Source: the human T2T-CHM13v2.0 reference genome, Homo sapiens. Taken from it: a DNA stretch of 64,000 nucleotides. The translations under genes and the position numbers were made by a program. Of the stretch, positions 28,101-43,950 are shown piece after piece. The number at the start of each line of letters is the position of its first letter. Positions within the stretch are counted from its first letter, which is position 1. The notes under the pieces are model-generated. The model saw only the letters and a program-made list of their open reading frames with translations, had not been told where the DNA came from and did not search any database. The stretch lies in the NCBI RefSeq assembly GCF_009914755.1, contig NC_060928.1; one strand, 5' to 3'.

Positions 28101-28158
28101 AACCTTCCACCCGTCAGTCTAGAAGGATAAGAGAAAGAAAGTTAAGCAACTACAGGAA

Positions 28159-28201
28159 ATGGCTTTGGGAGTTCCAATATCAGTCTATCTTTTATTCAAC
28201 G
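28159..28201 (+). CDS. EPGN: EPGN exon 1 coding part (signal peptide)
   Basis: GAAATGG Kozak; MALGVPISVYLLFN(A); G|gtaggt donor. Confidence 0.97.
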
Positions 28202-28717
28202 GTAGGTAATTTCCTTTTGTTTTGTTAACTTTATATCAGTGTAAAATGTGAATAGAATTTATTTTCTCTGCATTAGAGAGAAGTTGGCTTCTAACAGTTG
28301 TTCTTTATGACAAAGATCAGAGTAATGAATCTGTGGATTAATTTAGTTTCTTATGTCCTGTATGTTCCTTTCCTAATATATTTTGACACCTTTTTTGAGA
28401 CCTCCAGAATGTTTGCTTTATACAATTGAAGAGTAATTGATACATTTAGCTACTATACTATAGGGTTCTTATTTTTTAATTAATATGTAAATGTATCAAT
28501 GGTCTTAAATATTGGGTTTTTATTTGCTTTAATCCTAATATAGTCAATGGAATGGATGAGAAACTGTAAGTATGTTGCCCTAGTCACGTTATGGATTTCA
28601 ACTGTAATAAATTAAAAAAATAGAAATTGGAATAAACAGAATAAGAATACTTTCCATCTGTTGCTTGTACATAGAAGGAGGCTCTCTGTTAAAGATGCTT
28701 TTGCCCCCTTAATACAG

Positions 28718-28807
28718 CAATGACAGCACTGACCGAAGAGGCAGCCGTGACTGTAACACCTCCAATCACAGCCCAGCAAGGTAACTGGACAGTTAACAAA
28801 ACAGAAG
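28718..28807 (+). CDS. EPGN: EPGN exon 2
   Basis: tacag acceptor; (A)[29 protein letters not shown]; G|gtattt donor; internal alternative donor after 28780. Confidence 0.96.
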
Positions 28808-29804
28808 GTATTTTCTTCCCATTTTCATATTTCACAAGACTTTTCTAAAACTTGGGAGAGAAATTTGGATTGTGATAAAAGCAATATTGGCCATTTTTAA
28901 TATATATTTTATTATTAGATAATCAGCTCTTTTAGCAGGATGCTGTTAAATTGAAGTGACAGATAAATGTGCCAGGAAATAATTGCCTTTTTAAAAGGAG
29001 GAAGTTAAGCAAATGAGACAAAAGCTGTCTTCAGTTACTGTCTTGAATGTGAAACAGGCCACATTTTCTGCTTCATTTCTGCTTGGTTCCCAATAACCCC
29101 TGTGTGTACAGAGACAGTTTGTCCCCATTTTGGCATTCTTGATGAGCAGCATTATATTTTGATCTGTGATTATAAGCTTTGATGCCAAAGACATTATGGC
29201 TACAAGATGAACAGCACTTTCCCTCATCTTTGGAATGACCTTTTTTTCTTGTTTGCTTTGGAGTTTTTGTTGTTATTTTAGCATATGCTGTATTTCCTAA
29301 CCACTTGTACCCAATTTTTGTTGTTGATGGTAATGATATATTTTCTTTTGCACTTAATTATTATCACAGTGGCTTCTGGATGCTCTTGAGCATCAGCGTT
29401 CTTTCTCTAATCTGTTTAAACTCTTAGAGGTGAAACTTGGAAAGCTTGTTGCTTACCAAGACCTGTGACTGAGTGGTTATGATTCTTCTGCAAATCGCAT
29501 CCTGATTGCTATGTGAAGGCTGGCAATTTGATTTAGGACAGAGGAAACAATGTCTTGCACTCAGAGTCAGGCAAATAAAGGAAGATTGTCATATCTCAGT
29601 GTTCTTCATGTCACCAATAATTTAAAATTTTAAATGATTGTCTCGAAATATTTTACCCATTTGATTTTTTGAATATCTGTTGATTTGCAAAACGAAATCA
29701 ATGTGGGTTATAGAATAACTTTTAGCCAACTATTTGTCTTCTAAGCCTTCAAACAAAGAGGAAACACCTTATTATAATTATTATATTCAGTACTATATTA
29801 TACT

Positions 29805-30612
<808 letters not shown>

Positions 30613-31809
30613 TATATCATTTCTGTATTTTTCCTTTGCTTTCTTGATGGAGAACTTTAATTTTTCCTTTTGTTTTTTATCTAACTTAAAAATATCAATC
30701 TAGTATCTTAGAAAAATTTTTATAAAGTTATGATCATTCTCATTCTTAGGGGAAAGATGAGTCTCTCTGGTATAACTTTTCTTTAGAAATGGCTTAATTC
30801 TCACATTTTTCTACCAAATCTAGTTTCAGGCTTAGTTAATCGAACTTGTTTAGTCTTGAAATAGAAAGCACCCAGCACAGTTTATAATGGAAAATTCTCA
30901 CTGCCTGAGAATTAATTATTAAAATGATAAATTATATTCATCCTATTCAACAAAATGAACGTGAATTAGAAGATAATGTGTGTTCTCACCAAAATAAAGT
31001 AATACAACATAGTATTTTGTTTGTAATCTTAACATCTAAAGATTTAGCATTTTTAATATAAAAAAGAATGCCTTTTAAAACTGTTTTTTCCCTACAAACA
31101 AGTAAGATTCTCTTAATCTTAGCAAGGCAAATATGGTATACCTTTATCATAATGATGAGGAAATATGTTTATTTATAAAAATGACAAGTAAAATCCCATT
31201 AATTCTGTTTGAGAAACATTTAAGAATCAATAAAGTATGCCCCAAAGGACTCAATTAGGCAATTTTACCTAAGGGTCACTCCCACTGCATAAACACCAAG
31301 AATGGCATAGGTCTGTCTTTTGTACATCAGAGAGAATCAGGAATAAGAATCTTGTTTATTATCTCACAAGTGTAAATTCAAATCTTCGCAAGTGCTGACT
31401 TCTCAGGTGTAAAGGAAGAAAATCGAAATATTATGTGAGATCTTCTATGTTAATTAGTATTCAGACACAAGTCTGGGAAGCATCGCTCAAAATAACCTGC
31501 TAAGACTAGAACCAATGCTGCCACCTTTTGGTGAATTTGTTGCCTTTTCTGTCTTACTGCATTGCTTCTAAAAAGTGAAACAATCATCAATCCACCTCCA
31601 TCCCCTAATTAATTAATAATATGTCATATGTCTAGATGATATTAACCCAGCCCTTGTGAATACAACCTGCTAAGAGAATCAATAGTTTAAAGGACACAGC
31701 ACCACCCCCAAATATCCTTAAAATTAAAAATTTATTTACATATGTATTAAAAATTTACCATAAAAGTAAGACACATTTCATTTGCTAACATTGTATCTCC
31801 TTTTCCTAG

Positions 31810-31930
31810 CTGACAACATAGAAGGACCCATAGCCTTGAAGTTCTCACACCTTTGCCTGGAAGATCATAACAGTTACTGCATCAACGGTGCTTGTGCATT
31901 CCACCATGAGCTAGAGAAAGCCATCTGCAG
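31810..31930 (+). CDS. EPGN: EPGN exon 3 (EGF domain Cys1-Cys4)
   Basis: cctag acceptor; (A)[39 protein letters not shown](R); AG|gtaaat donor, phase 1-2. Confidence 0.98.
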
Positions 31931-32129
31931 GTAAATGCAAAGAAATATCCAAGTCCTAGAGACAGGAGATGAGTTTATGTCTCTGTTGTTTCATATAGTA
32001 CATTTCCACACTTTTCTCTCTTTAGTTTAAAAGGGTGCATAATCTGAACATGACTTGACAGGCCTCTACATATTTGAATATCTAAGGAGTCTTTTGTCCA
32101 AACTATTTAATTCTCATTAATTAAAAACA

Positions 32130-32252
32130 TGGTTCCCAGATTAGCAGCATCTCTTGAACCTGGGTGCTTGTTAGAAATGCAGGATCTATGCTCTACCCCA
32201 GAACTATTGAATCAGAATCTGCATTTTTAACAACATGCAAAGGTGATTTTAA
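32130..32252. mobile_element. MER5A (hAT-Charlie) fragment
   Basis: cttgttagaaatgcag...cccagaactattgaatcagaatctgcatttttaacaa. Confidence 0.75.
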
Positions 32253-32642
32253 GTTTTGGGGTTGTTTTCAGGATGAAATGAAGCAAACTAAGGCAAAAAC
32301 ATTACAGGAATATGAAGTTCTAGAGCAACTAAGATACTATTTTTATGATCATGATTTGCTCAGTATTCGCCTATGGAAGAATAGGCTAATGATTTTTCTA
32401 GAGTAAATTATGCAAGCATACTACCTTTTCCCTCTACTAATGAAGGGAAAATATGGGGCCTTAATGATTATTGGAAAATTCATAGCTGCTTCATTGCCCG
32501 TAACAGATTGGCTTTCATTTGGTATTTGCCTCTTTAATTTAAATTCCTTATTTCCATTTATTTTTTTAAATTTATTGAAACAGGTTATTTGTATTTCTAC
32601 CACCGTAGGTTTTAAAATTAAACTTTTTTTCTTTTTTTAAAG

Positions 32643-32795
32643 GTGTTTTACTGGTTATACTGGAGAAAGGTGTGAGCACTTGACTTTAACTTCATATGCT
32701 GTGGATTCTTATGAAAAATACATTGCAATTGGGATTGGTGTTGGATTACTATTAAGTGGTTTTCTTGTTATTTTTTACTGCTATATAAGAAAGAG
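32643..32795 (+). CDS. EPGN: EPGN exon 4 (EGF Cys5-Cys6, stalk, transmembrane helix)
   Basis: (R)[50 protein letters not shown](R); completes CX7CX4CX10CXCX8C; AG|gtatga donor. Confidence 0.98.
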
Positions 32796-33659
32796 GTATG
32801 AAAAAGACAAAATATGAAGTCACTTCATATGCAATCGTTTGACAAATAGTTATTCAGGCCCTATAATGTGTCAGGCACTGACATGTAAAATTTTTTTAAT
32901 TAAAAAAGAGCTGTAATCTGGCAAAAAGTTTCTATGTAATATTTTTCATGCCTTTTCTCATAAACCCAGACGAGTGGTAAAAATTTGCCTTCAGTTGTAA
33001 TAGGAGAGTTCAAACGTACAGTCTCCCTTCAACCTATCTCTGTCTGCCCATATCAAAATTATAAATGAGGAGGACAGCAGGCCCCAAGAAAGTAGGGACT
33101 AAGTATGTCTTGTTCAAAATTGTATATTCAGTGACTTACACTATGCCTAGCACACAACACACACTGAGTAAATATTTGTTGAGTGAAATAAAATCAAGAA
33201 ACAAGTAAAAACTGAATAAAAATGTATGACAAACATTGGCCATTTCTTCCCAGACGTCAACTGGGGGTATCTTCAGAAGATACTGTCTCCTGCTAAAAAC
33301 CTAAGAAGATAATCACAAATAATTGTAATTATTTACATATTCATTCTTATTTCTTGTTTTTTCCACATGAGTAATTTTTCCTTAAATCCATGTAACTAGG
33401 ATAAAGTCAAGAAATAAAGTGAGATACCCTAACAAAAAATATAAATACATTATTTCCCTTGCTGTACTCTAATAAGTTGTCATTTCTAAATGACCAAAAC
33501 TGCCTGTTCAAAATTAGAAAAGTTTGTTTTGCTTAACAAATGCATCTTAGAGAGAATCAAATCTATATTATATCAGTTGTAGATTTGCCTAAGAGACCAA
33601 AAATATAATAATAATAAGGGGGAGGAGGAGGAGGTAAGACTTTTCCACATTACTAAGGT

Positions 33660-34128
33660 GGCTCTCTGAGGTCAGATTTCCTAGAAGCGGAGCCTTCAGA
33701 TAGAGATTGCTGTGCATGTGATTAGTTGAGGGAGTACTCTACCTTTATTTTAGGTGAAACCTGTAATAAAGTAAGGAAAGCAGATGGAGCACAAGAAGAA
33801 GCTAAGCAAAGATGTGGCTTTAACTGAAGTGTAGCCCCAGCCTGATTCCACAGGGAGATCTAGAATGTGAATAGCAGTGTAGACCTCTCCCAAGGAGATG
33901 AGGCATCTGGATTTCAATATCCCATATTATTCAATCATGGATTCATGTGGGGTAAGGAACAGGGGCTTGTAATCTCCCAGCAATCTCCTGGCAGGGCACT
34001 CAGTTGGCTATGGGCAGACCTTGGGAGAAGACTGCTGCCATGAGCCTGTTAATGCCCACAGCTGCTGAGGGATGGGTTGACCAATGGGTAAAGGGGATCT
34101 GGGTGGGACACCAAGAGCAACTGCTGCA
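33660..34128 (-). mobile_element. Old ERVL LTR (LTR16/LTR33-like) in EPGN intron 4
   Basis: gtcagatttcctagaagc...aaaggggatctgggtgggacaccaagagcaactgctgca; family from memory. Confidence 0.55.
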
Positions 34129-34204
34129 GGGTGCATTTATGTAAGCTTCAATGACCTATATGAACCACAGTCAAATTCATATGGAAACCAATGCTCTGTT
34201 TCAG

Positions 34205-34262
34205 GTGTCTAAAATTGAAATCGCCTTACAATGTCTGTTCTGGAGAAAGACGACCACTGTGA
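34205..34262 (+). CDS. EPGN: EPGN exon 5 coding part (cytoplasmic tail)
   Basis: tttcag acceptor; (R)[21 protein letters not shown] at 34260-34262; total CDS 43+90+121+153+58 = 465 nt = 154 aa. Confidence 0.97.
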
Positions 34263-36540
<2,278 letters not shown>

Positions 36541-38190
36541 CTCAGGTTGCAAAACCAAAATGTTAACCAAAACAAATACTCATGAGATTCAACTTTGTTC
36601 ACCTATAGAATAGTACTTATTAACAACATAAAATCTACCCTGTGAGATTGTATGGAAACTCAGAGTGTGGCTTATGATAACCATCTGTTTATGATATTTC
36701 ATATAAAACAATCTTGTGATCCTTGTAGTTCCTACCATTAATTTTGTAGGAAGGAATCTCTGACATTCCTATGGAGCTAGAACCACATCTGTCAATGTTT
36801 AAGTACCTAAGCAGAACTTAAGAGGAAAATGCATAAATATATTTGGAAATTGTTTCATTTTTTTCTATATGTAAGAAGACCCTAAAAAGAGCCTTTCAGT
36901 AAAGTTTGTGCTTCAGAACTACACTTTCAGCTATCAATCAGTTGTGTCATTAATTGAGGGTGGATTATTTAGGAAACAAATGCCAACATGTTTCTGGCAT
37001 CTTTGACTACATTACACCAGCCAAGAGGTTCATCAATTTCTTTCATTCCCCATTTTGTCACTTCCCTTCGTCTATCCTCCAATTATTTGAGAACACATCC
37101 TTAAGTCATCAGTATTCATGAGTGCTTTATTATTTAGCATTTCAGAGTATAATGAGGATGGGGCACAGAATATAATGTCAGCCATCCTGGAGCCAGTAAA
37201 TTTGCAAAAAAAGTAATTAAAAATGCTTGTCATTATATTCTCTTTCCCCAAGGTAGCTTTTTGTATAGTTGTGTTTTCATAAAGTTTGAAAAGGATGAAA
37301 TTATAACATAGTTCATCTTTTAGTCTTTCCTGGCACAATACAAATCTAATCCTTTAATTTTAACATGTTCGTTTTGGTGATGTCAAGATTTCCATTCATT
37401 ATATCTAATTGAGAAAAAAGTCATAAGAAAATAACAAACATCAGCAATTTAAGCTTTTGATGTTAAACATGAGGACAATTCATCTATGCAGAGGACCATG
37501 AGGAAGCCATTTAATGTCTCTGCATTACAAAATGTAACATGCTTTCTGTGAAGTGATATAAATATTGGTATCCTACTACCTACACTCATGGGAAGGGTTA
37601 CCAAAATCCGTCTATTGCAAAACATCACTCTTTCTCGCTTACATCATGGCTGCATGACATCAGGACATGAGTAGCTGCCAAGATGAACTATAAATGTTGA
37701 AACTTAATTTGCCAGTGTCTAGCACTGCTAATCTGGGTGAGCCCACATTTTTGTCCAAATCTTTGGCTCAGACCTATTCAGTAGCACATTCAGAAATGTC
37801 TTTTCTAAATTCTGCATTTTTATTAAGTATTCAATTTTTATTAATTATTTAATCAATCAGTGCCCAGCTCAGAGTATAAGAGCTTAAGCAGTTAATTTTC
37901 TAAGAATTTTAAGTCTAGGCCCCTTGAGAATATCCATGTGAATACAAGTAAAATAGTATTATATTTTACTTCTCTTCCAAAACTAAACATGATGGATGTT
38001 CCAGATTGTCGGCAATACCCACAGCTTCCAAAGAAACATCTCATAAAGATTAGAAATGTGATTATGTGTTAACAAGAAGAACTGAATTGTTCAGTCAGGT
38101 CTTATCTAACCACCTCATGGCCTTTCTTTGTCATTTTTTATGTCTCAGATATTATTGGGGCATACGTCATCTAGATTAAAATTTGGTTAA

Positions 38191-38482
<292 letters not shown>

Positions 38483-38909
38483 TAAGATGGTATTAATTAG
38501 GATTCACATCTTTCTGAAAAGAAAAAAATGGCATCTCTAGATCTTTAAAATCACACTAAAAATTAATTCAATATTAAGTTCCTTAACAAATCAAGTTAAA
38601 GCAATAATGTAATACAGTAACCATTTATGAGCACTTGCAATGTTTGAAAGCATCAATTGCATTATTTTAGTTAATCCATGCTTGTGTGTAATTGAGGCTT
38701 AGAGAAGGGAATCACTTGTTCAAGGTCACAGGGCCTCAGCCTGAACCAGATGCATCTGATGTCAGAGTTCTTCATCTAACATCTAAGCTCTATATAATAA
38801 TGCTTCCCAATATTTTATGAAAAATATTACTGTTGAGGGATAATTTCTTAGTGAACTTAAAAGTATGCCCAAGTAATTAGTATGCAATTGAAAAAAGTTA
38901 TTTTCTTAA

Positions 38910-39220
<311 letters not shown>

Positions 39221-41039
39221 TGATAATATTTGTCATGGATCAACCACAAAATTCCCCTGCTGTCGTCTGCAAATTATTAAGATATGTATAACACCCTCAG
39301 GGTGAGGTCAGATCAACGTCAAGTGCCTGCTGACAGTTGAGTGCACAGTCTGGGGAGAGACTGTATACTGTAAAGGAATTCTGGCTTATCCTCATGACTC
39401 AAGGAATGAGGAGTATTCTCTTAGAGCACTCTCTTGGAATATTGGGAATATTCTACTCTAACCTGTAGCCAGTATTCCTAGAGAATACTGGAAATATTCT
39501 AATCTTGGCTACAAGCTATTTCCCAACATTTTTTTAGCTTTATTGAGACATACCTGACTCAGGTTGTTTTTGAGATGAGGGGTGAGGAATCCAAGTGATT
39601 GTCATGTCTACAGTAAAATCTCATCAACCCCCTTCTCTCCACATTATCCTCAATCCTACCCCAGCCCCCCATGCACCTTGCAGAAAAGCAGTAAGTAGCG
39701 GTGGTCCAGCTTAGGAAAAAAATTGGAAAATAACATTTTAAAAAATCTGTGCAATAGTTTGGCACTAAAATGACCGGTCTTCTAGTTCAGCTGTGTGATC
39801 TGAACTTTACTGGGACTCTTTGGATATGATATCCTTGCCTGTTAAGTGGAGAAGTTAGACTCTGAAGATGACCTCCACATTCCCTTCCTGGTTGGAAGTT
39901 GTACATTGGAAATGTGATGCCGATAAGCAGATCTATTCCACAGACATATTCCCTTTAGCTTTCGTGGTGTTTGTTTTAAATCAAGCCCACATTTAAAAAC
40001 CAAGCTCTTTTACTATTTTTAAAAATCTAGCCTCTTTTGAAAAATAAAAAATATAGAGCTCTGGTCCTATTTTGTTTGTGCCAGCGCTCTATATCTTTTG
40101 TAACTTTGGTTAGAAGGAGCATGCCTCAATACCCAACTGCTGCTGCTGCTTAGGCTGCCAGCACAGGGTCCTATGGGCCTTTAAGTCTGCAAACTTGCTT
40201 CTTTGGTTTCATTTTAATCTTTCCTCATCTAAATTCTCCTGAGTCTAATCATCAAGATGCCTGTAGAGGGCCCCATTGTACTGCAAACCTCATAAATTAT
40301 AAAGGAGTCTCAGATCAAAGAGTCGCCCAAGAATGTGCTTATTAGGAGAACCCACACTCACCTGGAAACCGGCAGGGGTGGCATCTGGTGACTCAGGCAC
40401 TGCCCTGCCCACACCTTCAGTCACTCTCTGCTATAATCCTTGCCAGATCTGTCATTTCAGTGCACAAGCTTGCTTATGTTGCCTCCCAGCTTGAGAACTG
40501 ACACTGACTCCCCATTGTGCACCATGTTTAGCAAGGACTGTTCAGCCTGCATTGTGAAGCCCTCTCCAGGGAGGCTCAGGTGGTCTGTCTTTCTCATCCC
40601 CCCTCGCCCTATGCATATCATCAGCTGTGGCCAACCACTGCTCTATGCTCTGCAAATGGGCCACACAATCCATTTCTGTGTTTTACCGTCTCTACTGTTC
40701 CTGCTACATGTATTACCCTCCCTCACCTCTGCCAAGATCACATTATTTTTTTCAAATGCTGCCCCCTCCTTAAAGAATGGTGTTATTTACAAATGTCATT
40801 TCTCCTTCTTTTGAATTTCCTTGACATCTTTCTCTTTTTTTGTACTTTTCAAACACTTACATTCTGCCTTGTATTATAATTACTTATGTTCTTAGCTAAG
40901 TTCCAATGGTAATAATGACAATGAACTTCATTTATTAAATTCACATCATAGACTGGGCACAGTGCAAAATGATTTACAGATAGTATCTCCCTCAATCCTC
41001 AGAGACATCCAGGTGAAAGGTTTTATTAGGGGTTGTGTT

Positions 41040-41660
41040 CAACAGTGGTTAAGAAGACAATTGTCTGGAGTTTAACAGACAGGTTGAAATCCAGCTTCAC
41101 TCCTACTAGCTGTGCTACCTTAATCAAGTTTTTTTTTTTTTTTTACTTTTCTAAGCCCAAGTTTTGTCATTTGTAGAAATGGGACAATATTTATATCATA
41201 GATTGTTTTGAGGTTAATAATAAGTGCTCAATGAATGTTAGCTATTGTATTACAATTGAATTCCATTTTTCACATTAGGACACTGAAATTCAGAAAGTTT
41301 AAGCAACTCGTTCAATGATATGCACCCAGTAAGTGGTGGAACCTGGATTTGGCTGCAAGGCTGTCCAGTTCCCAGGCTTTGTGGTCTTAATTAGTGACAG
41401 GCAGGTGAGCACATGGCTGCTGGTCTCTCTGAATACAAGTCCTGCTGCACTTAGCACAGTTTGGCCATGGTTGAGTTTGCCCAGTGTTTTTTGAAGTGGG
41501 ATCTGCATTCTCAGAGAGCTGGGTTTTGAACTCCAGCTGTTTATTAGCTTTGTGGTTGAGAATAAATTATTTTATCCCTCTAAATCATAGTTGCCTCCAT
41601 TATAAAATGGGGAAAATAATCACACCCACAGGATCATTTTAGGGTTAAGTTAAATCAGAT
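41040..41660. mobile_element. Cluster of MIR fragments
   Basis: MIR cores near 41040-41250 (+), 41260-41370 (-) and 41510-41660 (+); approximate. Confidence 0.6.
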
Positions 41661-41769
41661 AGCTAATACAGGTAAAATTCATAGAACATAGCACTCATTC
41701 AATAAATATTACTTATTATAATTATAAATCATCTAAAACTCCCATTGAAACTCTTAATGACACTCAACA

Positions 41770-42358
41770 CGGTAAGTTTTGTTACAAGGTGACATGTATT
41801 CCTAAAAATCATTACACTAAAAAATTGAGCAGGATATCCTACAGGACTCATTCAAAAATGGGGGTTTGAGAAACAATATTCAAAAAACTTCTTCAGTAAC
41901 ATATTAAAAACACCAAAAAAACTCTAAAAATGGTAACACAATTTTATACATTTTAGGTGGTTAAAATATACATAAACAGTACAATAAACATGGTACGTTG
42001 TCTTTAAAAAGACCTGCAGTTTGCTTGTGGAAGTGGGTATTGGCAGGGTTTAGCTTGTGAATTATTATCAAGTGATGGAAGAGGGGTTTTTAAAATTGGG
42101 TGGAAAGTTATAACAGCAGATGTGGTTGAGTGTGGTTTATAACTCAAACATGAGCCAAGATCGCTGGTAGATATTTGAGAATTGCACACATGTATGCTCT
42201 CTCCTATGCTGCTCTGCTCAACAGTTTTCTCCTCATCTAGCATTTCTCTCAGGTGAAATTATACCTAAGCAAACACAAAGTTCCTGTTATGTACAGATTA
42301 TTCTTTATGTTGGAATAAACTCACGCTTTCAAGACAAGCATTAAAACAGAACTGACTG
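41770..42358 (-). mobile_element. Old Tigger element (Tigger13a-like)
   Basis: Ends ...caagcattaaaacagaactgactg + TA; family tentative. Confidence 0.45.
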
Positions 42359-43362
42359 TACCTTGAAATTATCACAACCCTTGTATCTCAGTCTCAACCT
42401 TCATGATAATTATTAAACCTTTGAAATATTCTGATATTAGGCACTCAGGACCTTGGGACCTGGGGGTTATCATAACCCTCATTTCTCCACCTAAATTTAC
42501 AAGTGTCAAGGACAAAATTCCAAAGCCCCATATTACTGTGGATTCAAGTTCTCATCATATTATTTGTACTTTTTTTCAAGTTATAAATGATTAGAAACCT
42601 TTATGACTATATTTTCCTTCTTAAATCAACTAACATTCAAAGATGGTTTTCATCCTAACATTATCAACTTACTGTATTAATAGGAATAGCTCCAATTCTT
42701 CTTCTTTTCCTTGAGACTTATTCCCCTCTGTTTTACCCTCTGAGCAAACTGTTACTTTTATTCAAAAGTCTTTAAATGGCATGGAAGAAAAACGGTTTTG
42801 CTTCCTTCAGCAGTCTATATTAGGCAGTATATTAGCCCAAACTGCAGATCTTACAGTAAGAAATTGCTTAAGAATTGATGAAACATTTGATTAAAAAAAG
42901 GAACAATTAAACAAAGGAATCTATAAGAAATAAGAGAGTCAAACTTGGTATATACAGGTATTAGGGTCCCCCTTTTGAGTCTAACACATGTTACTGTCAG
43001 GGCTTAGGTCTGCCTAGGTAGGCTAAGCAAACAGGTGCATCTGCATACTGGTGCTTTGGGTAGACTGAAGTCCATTTGCTTGAGGAACTAGAGAGCTTCC
43101 GATAGGTGAACATACCTTCAGCTGCTCCTTAAACCTGGTTAGAATTGATTTATCTTCCAGTGGTTTGTATTTGCATGTTGTAAAAATTAAAAGTTTTTTG
43201 TTTGTTTTTGTGCCTTCCCAGCATCCATGCCCCTTCCAAAAACCACACCAATTTTGCTGTGGAGTACCATTCTCCTTCACCTTCATTGCGCCTGGTTTAG
43301 TTGTGCATCCCTCAATTCTCATTCCAGAAGTAATCAAAGCATTCCATTACCCCCAGTATTAC

Positions 43363-43950
43363 TGCTATAGAGACAGGAACAATACAGAGTGGTCGCAAGA
43401 GAATAGAAAATTCCAGGCAGCAGTTTTACATAACTAGCAAAAAGAAACTGTTGAAATAGCTGCAGAGGCTAGGGGCTGATAAGACCCTGAAAAACAGGGT
43501 GTGGACCAAGCTGCCTAAGAAAAACTGGACACAACATGGTGGATTTGACCTTGCTGTTACCTAGGACCTCATTATATGCTCATTAACACACTAAATCACA
43601 CACCCACAGGTGCCACGACAGTTCCAGGAACACACCTATTTGGTGTAAAAATGGGTGGCATCGAAGTTAGAGAAATCTTCACCTTTTTCAAGGAACACTC
43701 ATGAATATTCTGTTCCTTGGTTAAAGAAACCCATAAAGGTAGAAGTCTCAAACTCCACTATACAACTCTGAGTACACCCACACTCCCCTTTCTTGAGTGT
43801 GTACTTTTCATTTTGAAATAAATCTCCATACTTCCCCTATTTTCTGACTTATCCTTGAACATTTTCTTGTGAAGGTGTCAAGAACCTGGGCACCGGCTCG
43901 GTTCAAGTTCCCACCAACATTTGGGAACTTCCCCCAGCCCACAGGTATTA
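43363..43950 (+). mobile_element. ERV1 solo LTR (MER66-like)
   Basis: Starts TG; ccataaa promoter-like box, aataaa near 43817, MER4-group U5 end. Confidence 0.65.

Noticed and set aside
31929-31934. Stop right after EGF Cys4 on intron-3 retention (AGG TAA) as a designed antagonist isoform
   Set aside because: TAA is an automatic product of a phase-2 GTAA donor; no independent support in the sequence
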